Positions 57,311 through 64,000 of a stretch of 64,000 nt of DNA are shown here, one piece after another. The position numbers and the translations under genes are program-made. How positions within the stretch are numbered: position 1 is the stretch's first letter; every line of letters starts with the position of its first letter. Location of the stretch: assembly GCA_030141605.1 (NCBI GenBank), contig JAQGDQ010000662.1, positions 1 to 64,000 of the forward strand, in the 5' to 3' direction. Under the pieces are notes generated by a model. It saw only the letters and a program-made list of their open reading frames with translations, was not told the origin of the DNA and searched no databases. The stretch comes from Tubiluchus corallicola. Taxonomy: Eukaryota; Animalia; Priapulida.

Positions 57311-57663
57311 CTTTTGCTGATTGTCACGATGCGATTACTAAAAGGATAAACAAATTACATGACATTGATTCCAGTGAGGCACAGTATGCATTGAGGCAGT
57401 CAGCAAACTGGTCAGCTAAAGCATAACAGTCTTTGCTGATTGGGTGGATCTTGTACACAGTACAATACGTAGACGTGTATTACTTAACAAATGTCTCGAA
57501 CTAAAAAGAAACAAAGTAATCTTGTATGTTTGGACTAAAAATGGCCAGATTTTCATCAGGAAAACTGAATCATCTGAACCCTTCCCTGTAAACAATTTTG
57601 ATGATGTAGATAAATTAAAACACTAATCCCTTCTTCACTCGTTTGAATCAATTTCTCATTGTA

Positions 57664-59007
57664 ATGGTTAGCTTTAATTGTACTAAGTGTAATAAAACTT
57701 GCAAAGCAAATCAAAACTCAATTCAATGTGATGTGTGTTCCCTCTGGACACATCTAAAGTGTACAAAGTTGTCTCATCATGAATTTGTAAATTTAGCAAA
57801 TTCTAATGACAGTTACTTCTGCCAGCAATGCATTAATGATGTGCTTCCTTTGCAGTTCATTGATGATGATGAATTTATGGAAATGACTAATCACTATCAA
57901 TTTTCTAATTTTGTAAAAGATTTATCTTGCTTTTCATCAATTTATGACTCTTCTTCGCTAGTCCACTGTAATAGAGATGATACAGACATCGACAATTATA
58001 GACTTCAGTATGACAGCAAATACATTAATCTTGCAAATCTGAGTAGTGATAAATCCACAGATAAAGCAAACAATGACACATTTATAATACACTTTAACAC
58101 ATCAAGTTTGAGGAAATACTATTCAGACATGACTGATACATTAACACAATTTCAAAAAATGCCTGAGTTAATAGCGATCTCGGAAACCAGAATTCACGAA
58201 TCTGACACTTTTTTATGTAACATTCCAGGATATTCTTTCTTACACTATGATTCCAATACAGCTGCTGGTGGCGTAGGTGTGTATGTAAAATCTAGTCTCA
58301 ATTTTAAAATTAAACCTGAATACAAAATAAGAACTTGTAAAAATGTTATTGTTAATGGGATTAGTACAACTAGTAGACTAGCACTTGAGGACCTGTGGCT
58401 CGAAATTGCTTCCACCGATAACAAAAAATCTTTCATATTTGGAGTAATATATAGGCATCCAAACACCCCAGTCGAACATTTTCATGACGAATTAGAATCA
58501 GTTCTTTGCACTATCAACTCCACAGGCAAACCAGCTTATATATGTGGAGACATTAATATAGATTTATATCAACATGATAACAAGCCATTTATTAATAAGT
58601 ATCTCAACATGCTCTTCTCAAATCAATTTACACCAATTATCACGCGACCAACTAGAATTACTCCAACGTCACACACCTTAATTGATCATATTTATACTAA
58701 TAATCTTTCTACACCCATCACATCTGGCATCATTACTAACCCCATTGCGGACCACTTGCCAATATTTGCCATTATAAGAAATACTAATCTCCTGCACAAC
58801 AAGATTAAAAAATCAGTCAGATGTACGAGATCATTCAATCAAGGTAACTTTTTAAGCGAGCTTCAAGTTAATATAAGTAACCTAACACTGAATGATGGCG
58901 AAGCAGACATACACTCTTACTGCTCACAATTCATGGACTCGTTTAAAACATTACTTGATAAACATGCCCCACTCAAAACGTTATCAAGGAAAAACTCAAA
59001 ACTATAG
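57664..59007 (+). CDS. LINE ORF2 N-terminal part: PHD finger + apurinic-like endonuclease
   Basis: CTKC...CDVCSLWTHLKC...YFCQQC (PHD); IAISET, GGVGVYV, VIYRHP, CGDINID, TLIDHIY, ADHLPIF (APE). ATG at 57664. Confidence 0.88.
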   Translation: MVSFNCTKCNKTCKANQNSIQCDVCSLWTHLKCTKLSHHEFVNLANSNDSYFCQQCINDVLPLQFIDDDEFMEMTNHYQFSNFVKDLSCFSSIYDSSSLVHCNRDDTDIDNYRLQYDSKYINLANLSSDKSTDKANNDTFIIHFNTSSLRKYYSDMTDTLTQFQKMPELIAISETRIHESDTFLCNIPGYSFLHYDSNTAAGGVGVYVKSSLNFKIKPEYKIRTCKNVIVNGISTTSRLALEDLWLEIASTDNKKSFIFGVIYRHPNTPVEHFHDELESVLCTINSTGKPAYICGDINIDLYQHDNKPFINKYLNMLFSNQFTPIITRPTRITPTSHTLIDHIYTNNLSTPITSGIITNPIADHLPIFAIIRNTNLLHNKIKKSVRCTRSFNQGNFLSELQVNISNLTLNDGEADIHSYCSQFMDSFKTLLDKHAPLKTLSRKNSKL

Positions 59008-60983
59008 CTAAACCATGGATCACTCCCGGCATTCTTAATTCTATTAAAACAAGAAGCCGTATGTATACAACACACAAGTTATCCAACTCGCTGTATAAGC
59101 AAAATTTATATAAAACATATTCTAACAAACTTAATCACATCAAACATGCATCCAAAAAGAAGTATTACTCCCAGATCTTGGTTGCAAACAAAAATAACAT
59201 GAAACAAACTTGGAGCACTATCAATGAACTTCTCAAAATTAAAAAAAGGACAGCTAGTATAATGCCAACTAAAGTTCGTTACCAAGGCACAACCTCGTGT
59301 GACCCGCACCATAAAGCTAATGCTTTTAACAGTTTTTTTGCAAACATTGGTATATCACTGGCATCACGCATAACACAACCCGAAAACTGTAAGTATACAG
59401 ACTATTTAATGCATCCCCAAGAAAATTCTTTCTATATCACACCAGTTAGCGAAATCGAGATTTCCCAAGCTATTGATAGACTAGATCCCAATAAAGCAAA
59501 AGGCCCTTATGACATCCCAATTACATATTTTAAAATGTCTAAAAACATAATTTTAGCTCCGCTTACAAATCTGTTTAATGCGTCAATTCTGACTGGGACA
59601 TTCCCCGACACTTTAAAACTGGCAAAAGTAATCCCCATATATAAAAAAGATGATCCAAATGAGCTGAACAACTACCGACCTATCTCACTCATATCACCCA
59701 TTGCCAAAATTTTTGAGTCAATTTTATATAAACGCCTGATGACATATTTAATCAAAAATGATACAATATCATGTTTTCAATTCGGTTTCCGCAAAAATCA
59801 TTCCACAATATTAGCAACTGCTGAAATCATAGACAATCTTCTGACAAACCTAGACAATAAATTACTTACCTGCGGCATTTTTCTTGATTTAACAAAAGCT
59901 TTTGACACCGTTCAACACGACATTTTACTCAACAAAATGGACTATTATGGTATCCGTGGAATCACGCAAAAACTATTCCAGTCATATCTTACAAACAGAC
60001 ACCAGTTTACGGTTGTTGACAATTTTGCCTCTGACCGATGCTCAATTCAGTGTGGTGTACCTCAAGGAACCACCTTGGGTCCACTTCTTTTCCTGATATA
60101 TATAAATGACCTCCCTCTTTGTACTAACATGCAAGCACGACTTTTTGCTGATGACACTAACCTCTTCTTAGCAGACAAAGATACGCAAAATCTTGAGCTT
60201 AGAAGTAATGAAGAATTGATCAAAATTAACACATGGATGCGTACAAATAAGTTAACAGTAAACTATAATAAAACAAAATTTATGATCATAAGAAATAAAT
60301 TTGAAAACAATGAAAACTCCATTATAACAGTATCCATGCAAGACTGTTTATTAGAACAAGTATCAGACATAAAATATCTGGGCGTCTACATAGATGACAC
60401 CCTTAATTGGTCAACACACATAAAAAATATTACCTACAAAGTAAGCAAAGTTACAGGTATATTTTTTAAATTGAGGCATTACTTGAGCACGGATATACTA
60501 AAAATGATTTACTTTGCCATTGTGTACCCACACATTAACTATTGTATCTTATCGTGGGGCACAGCAAAAAAATCTGTTTTGAAACCTCTTACATCAGCAC
60601 ATAACAAAATTATCAAAACAATGACTTTTGCTGGGTTCCGAGATCATGCTACCCCTTCCTATTATGCTTTGCAATTATTAAAAATTAATGAAATTTATAA
60701 GCTTGAGTTAGCGAAATTCATGTTCAAGTATAAAAAGTGCATTCTACCTAAATTATATGGCAATTATTTCAAAAAGATTAGTGACGTTCACCAGTATTCT
60801 ACGAGAGCAGCTACCAAACAAAACTATTTTCAGGAAAGATTTAACACAACAAAAGGTCTACAAACTTTAAAACATAATGGTACAATTCTATGGAATACTC
60901 TTTCAGATGATCTTAAGCAATCGACTAGTATCTATCAGTTAAGTAAATTATATAAATGTCAACTCTTGCAAACTTATTATTGA
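58992..60983 (+). CDS. LINE ORF2 C-terminal part: reverse transcriptase (frameshifted relative to the APE part)
   Basis: KPWIT, NYRPISL, QFGFR, FLDLTKAFDTV, GVPQGTTLGPLLFLIYINDL, LFADDT, KYLGV. Confidence 0.92.
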   Translation, partial: KLKTIAKPWITPGILNSIKTRSRMYTTHKLSNSLYKQNLYKTYSNKLNHIKHASKKKYYSQILVANKNNMKQTWSTINELLKIKKRTASIMPTKVRYQGTTSCDPHHKANAFNSFFANIGISLASRITQPENCKYTDYLMHPQENSFYITPVSEIEISQAIDRLDPNKAKGPYDIPITYFKMSKNIILAPLTNLFNASILTGTFPDTLKLAKVIPIYKKDDPNELNNYRPISLISPIAKIFESILYKRLMTYLIKNDTISCFQFGFRKNHSTILATAEIIDNLLTNLDNKLLTCGIFLDLTKAFDTVQHDILLNKMDYYGIRGITQKLFQSYLTNRHQFTVVDNFASDRCSIQCGVPQGTTLGPLLFLIYINDLPLCTNMQARLFADDTNLFLADKDTQNLELRSNEELIKINTWMRTNKLTVNYNKTKFMIIRNKFENNENSIITVSMQDCLLEQVSDIKYLGVYIDDTLNWSTHIKNITYKVSKVTGIFFKLRHYLSTDILKMIYFAIVYPHINYCILSWGTAKKSVLKPLTSAHNKIIKTMTFAGFRDHATPSYYALQLLKINEIYKLELAKFMFKYKKCILPKLYGNYFKKISDVHQYSTRAATKQNYFQERFNTTKGLQTLKHNGTILWNTLSDDLKQSTSIYQLSKLYKCQLLQTYY

Positions 60984-63564
60984 GATAAGCGTACAGTATT
61001 TTGCCTATCTATCTGCCTCTTCATTTTACATCAGATCATCAAAACTCGCTCTGTATTTATTTATTTTTTTTTACATTATGCTTGTGTTATAAAGTAAATT
61101 TCAGTTACCATTGTTATTATGTTTCTGATGTCAGATTTTTATTTCAGTCCTTATTTCAGTTATGTTCAGTTTGATTTTTTTTTATTATTATTACTGTGTA
61201 TGAATTGTACTAACACATTATAAGCATATCATTATCAATTTTATGTCATTCGTAACACTTTATTTATTATAAGCAGTACTAACACTAATACACTAGCATA
61301 GCGCCTATAAAAAATGTTCATCACTAACCAAAGGGCAGCTGACTAGATGACCAATTGGTCTTTCGCTGCCCTTTCTTCACATTTTTGTTGCTAAATTAAT
61401 TGTATTGTAACTGTGCGTGTGTTAAAAGATAAATAAAAGATTATTATTATTATTATTAGTACAGTGTTAGCGTTATATTTTTAAGCTCAGCAACTTATTT
61501 TATAAATCACTAGCAGTTTATGCACAAGAGAACACTTAATTCATGAAAAATTTGGGTATCTGCTGATATTTAACCAGCACTCATTGATGCCACCTAGTAA
61601 TACTGTTGTGGCAGGGTTGGAACCTAGCCCGTTAGAGTCTTCTAAGATCAAGCACTAAACCAGCAGAGCCTTAATAGCCTCATTCATACGTTTTTCCTGA
61701 CTGCAAGGAAGTATGTTGAATAACGAGATAAAATACCTTATTTTTTTTTAATTGAAGTGAGGAATAAGTAACCTTTAATTGCATGTTTACAACAGGTAAA
61801 GCAACAAATTTCGAAAGGTACCAACAATACTTAGAAATAAAATCTTGCTGAATTAAGTTTTAACCTTCATGATGTGTTTATCCAGTAATTCCACTCAGGG
61901 GGAGGTATCTTCAGTCTCAACAAAGCTAATTCATTGTACAAACTTTGTAAAGCATGGATACGTGTATATATACATTTACTGAGATACATAGCTGAAATAT
62001 AAACTGCATAACCGTGATCTAGACTCCATGTAATTGCAATAAGCAGCATTACGATGTTGGAAAAATGATTAATGGTTGTTATTCTTTATTGCTACTATAA
62101 ATATTGCCTCTGGGCATTTTTGTTTATTAATGTTATAAAATAAACTATTTCAATCCCAGTTTATTACCAACAGTTTATTCTATAATGGCTTGTGGTTATT
62201 TGATGTATGCTTGCAATACGAACACTTAAAATGTTGCTGCTAGAAAACTTATTTTCTTTTAACTTTGTGCCCATTTGCAAAATTTTTCTGCATGTGTACT
62301 GAGAGGTGAAGTATATAGCTGAGTGGTCATAGTATTGCACTTGGTGACGCAAGTAAAAGTTTATGAATGGTGCTGAGGACGGTCAATTACTGGATGGGTG
62401 AAGTGGTTCGTACTCGCTCTGGACGGTTTATTCGCCATGCTGATTCTAGTTGTTAACTTCATAGAGAGACAATGTTCATACATTCGAATATGGCTGAGAC
62501 ACTTCTTATGGTTCAGTGGCTCATCTTAGATACATTCTTGATATTAAGCCCGGTTCCTGTCTTGCCCTAAACATCGGTGTTGAGTAAGCTCTGCCAATAA
62601 ATGCTGGATTCCGGTCGAATTGTATCAAAGATATTTAGAAATATATTTTCATAGAAATTCTTAAAGGACAAGAAAACACTCTTCATAAATCAGTCTTAAA
62701 AAATTCATCTTGATGCATTCGTCTTATTGCAAAAATTCGTCTTATTGCACACAGATTTTATATGAACAGTGGTATAAAACTTGCATAAAATTGTCAATTT
62801 AATATCTTGCCATGACCGTTAGGTGCAGCCATTTTAATGGTAAATCATTTAAACCAGTTTAAATAACATTTAAGTCTCTTCTACTTTTTCTAGATTGGGT
62901 TGGAAGATATCTGATTTAAAAAAAAGTCGAAAAATAGAATTTTTGGCAAAACGTTGACATCGTCTTCTTCTCATCTGATGCAATTTGATTGGACACGTTA
63001 TTTTTGAAGCCAACAAAATTCTTACACAAAGCCAGCGATTAAGCATCGTATTTCAAATCAGCAACCTTTCATCTGAAACCGTGACAAAAGCGTCATCGCT
63101 AAACTTGGCAATCTCTCATTTCAATCCTTAACTGAAATCACCGTCAAATCTTGAGATTGGATACATCTAGAGCTTACGCGGTTTTGGAAAGTTTTTCGTA
63201 CCATTACTGGTTCTGCTTCTGTGAGCCAGTGATAGTGTCCTCTCGACGATCTTGTGCTGAAATTTGTCATCAGCTGTTTGCATTCCTACATCAATGGTGG
63301 AATTTTTCTAAGATCATATAAACTACACGATCTCACGCTGCCCGATCTGCTGGAATTCGTTGTTTCGTATCAGTAATTCGTTTTATGCCTACGGTCAGCA
63401 GCATCTATTGAGTTGCTGTGAATCTGTGGTAGATTTTTGCATAATGCAGGCAGCGATATTAGTGTCCAAATAGAAGTTCAGTATCCATATATGGCTATTT
63501 AACAGCTGCGACTGGAATTTTACCTGTTCATTAAGTGATTTCGCACCGCTACCTCCAATCAATC

Positions 63565-63793
63565 ATGTCGTCTAACGCGTCTAAGGAGACCCTCCAGGAC
63601 GACGTCTTGGTCGTCGATTCGGGCTCGTTCTGGGAACCTGGTCAGTATCGTCGGACAGTAAGACGAGTGGACGACGGCTACTCTATGTGCAAAGAATTGG
63701 TGAACATGATTAGAGATAGGTGTGAGATTGAGGCAAAGTATGCTCAGGCCCTCAAGAAGCATGCAGAGGACTGGCATAAGAAGATAGAACATA
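63565..63793 (+). CDS. PACSIN: PACSIN/syndapin (F-BAR protein), first coding exon; gene continues beyond the window
   Basis: MSSNASKETLQDDVLVVDSGSFWEPGQYRRTVRRVDDGYSMCKELVNMIRDRCEIEAKYAQAL matches the PACSIN SFWE-G-Y-RTV-R-DDG-LC motif; GTAAGT donor at 63794. Confidence 0.88.
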
Positions 63794-64000
63794 GTAAGTG
63801 TCCTAATCACTCACATTTTCTCGTTTGTTTCTAAAAGGCTACCATTTTTTCTCTGCGTCACTTGGAATAAAAACACTCGGAATATATTTGAATACGTCTT
63901 AGCTTCTTATTATTGTGTCCATTTTTTATAAAACACAATGTGCTTTATTAAATGAAAATTATTTTTACGCATGTTTAAATATTAGGTTCCAGAATTTAAA

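Larger units (their letters stand above)
57444..61457 (+). mobile_element. CR1/L2-group non-LTR retrotransposon (Crack/Daphne-like), 5'-truncated within ORF1, near-intact ORF2
   Basis: ORF1 C-terminal fragment (YVWTKNGQIFIRK), then ORF2 PHD-APE-RT, ~450-nt 3' UTR with a terminal stem-loop and an (ATT)n tail at 61440-61457. Confidence 0.9.

Noticed and set aside
56954-57320. Poly-Val/Thr ORFs resembling membrane or mucin proteins (also 12488-12697)
   Set aside because: Translations of triplet low-complexity tracts.
59005-59007. Stop-codon readthrough or programmed frameshift joining APE and RT
   Set aside because: The ORFs are in different frames, so readthrough cannot join them. There is no canonical slippery heptamer, and a 1-nt loss in an A-run explains it more simply.
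61605-61680. tRNA gene on the minus strand (B-box-like GGTTCCAACCC)
   Set aside because: No cloverleaf or anticodon arm can be formed; at most a decayed SINE head.

Overview
AT-rich, intron- and repeat-rich animal (invertebrate-like) genomic DNA, not prokaryotic. Most of the window holds one minus-strand gene for a single-pass receptor guanylyl cyclase (NPR/speract-receptor type). I traced it by hand through 25 phase-compatible GT-AG coding exons from ATG 49672 to a probable stop at 7361, about 1177 aa: signal peptide, ANF-receptor ectodomain, TM helix, kinase-homology domain, hinge and cyclase. Two features stand out. (1) Coding exon 7 of the ectodomain is present as three tandem, intact, diverged 136-nt copies that can only be used one at a time (a mutually exclusive exon cassette), each preceded by the same intronic motif. 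(2) The cyclase domain has lost the catalytic Asn/Arg pair ([11 protein letters not shown] instead of GDTVNTASRME) and the RIG arginine while keeping both metal-binding Asp, which suggests an obligate-heterodimer or pseudo-cyclase receptor. The window also contains a nearly intact CR1/L2-group LINE with a PHD-APE-RT ORF2, a second LINE 3' end, a Penelope-like remnant with inverted hammerhead-bearing repeats, several MITE families, a decayed Tc1/mariner fragment, many minisatellites, and the first coding exon of a divergently oriented PACSIN/syndapin gene.
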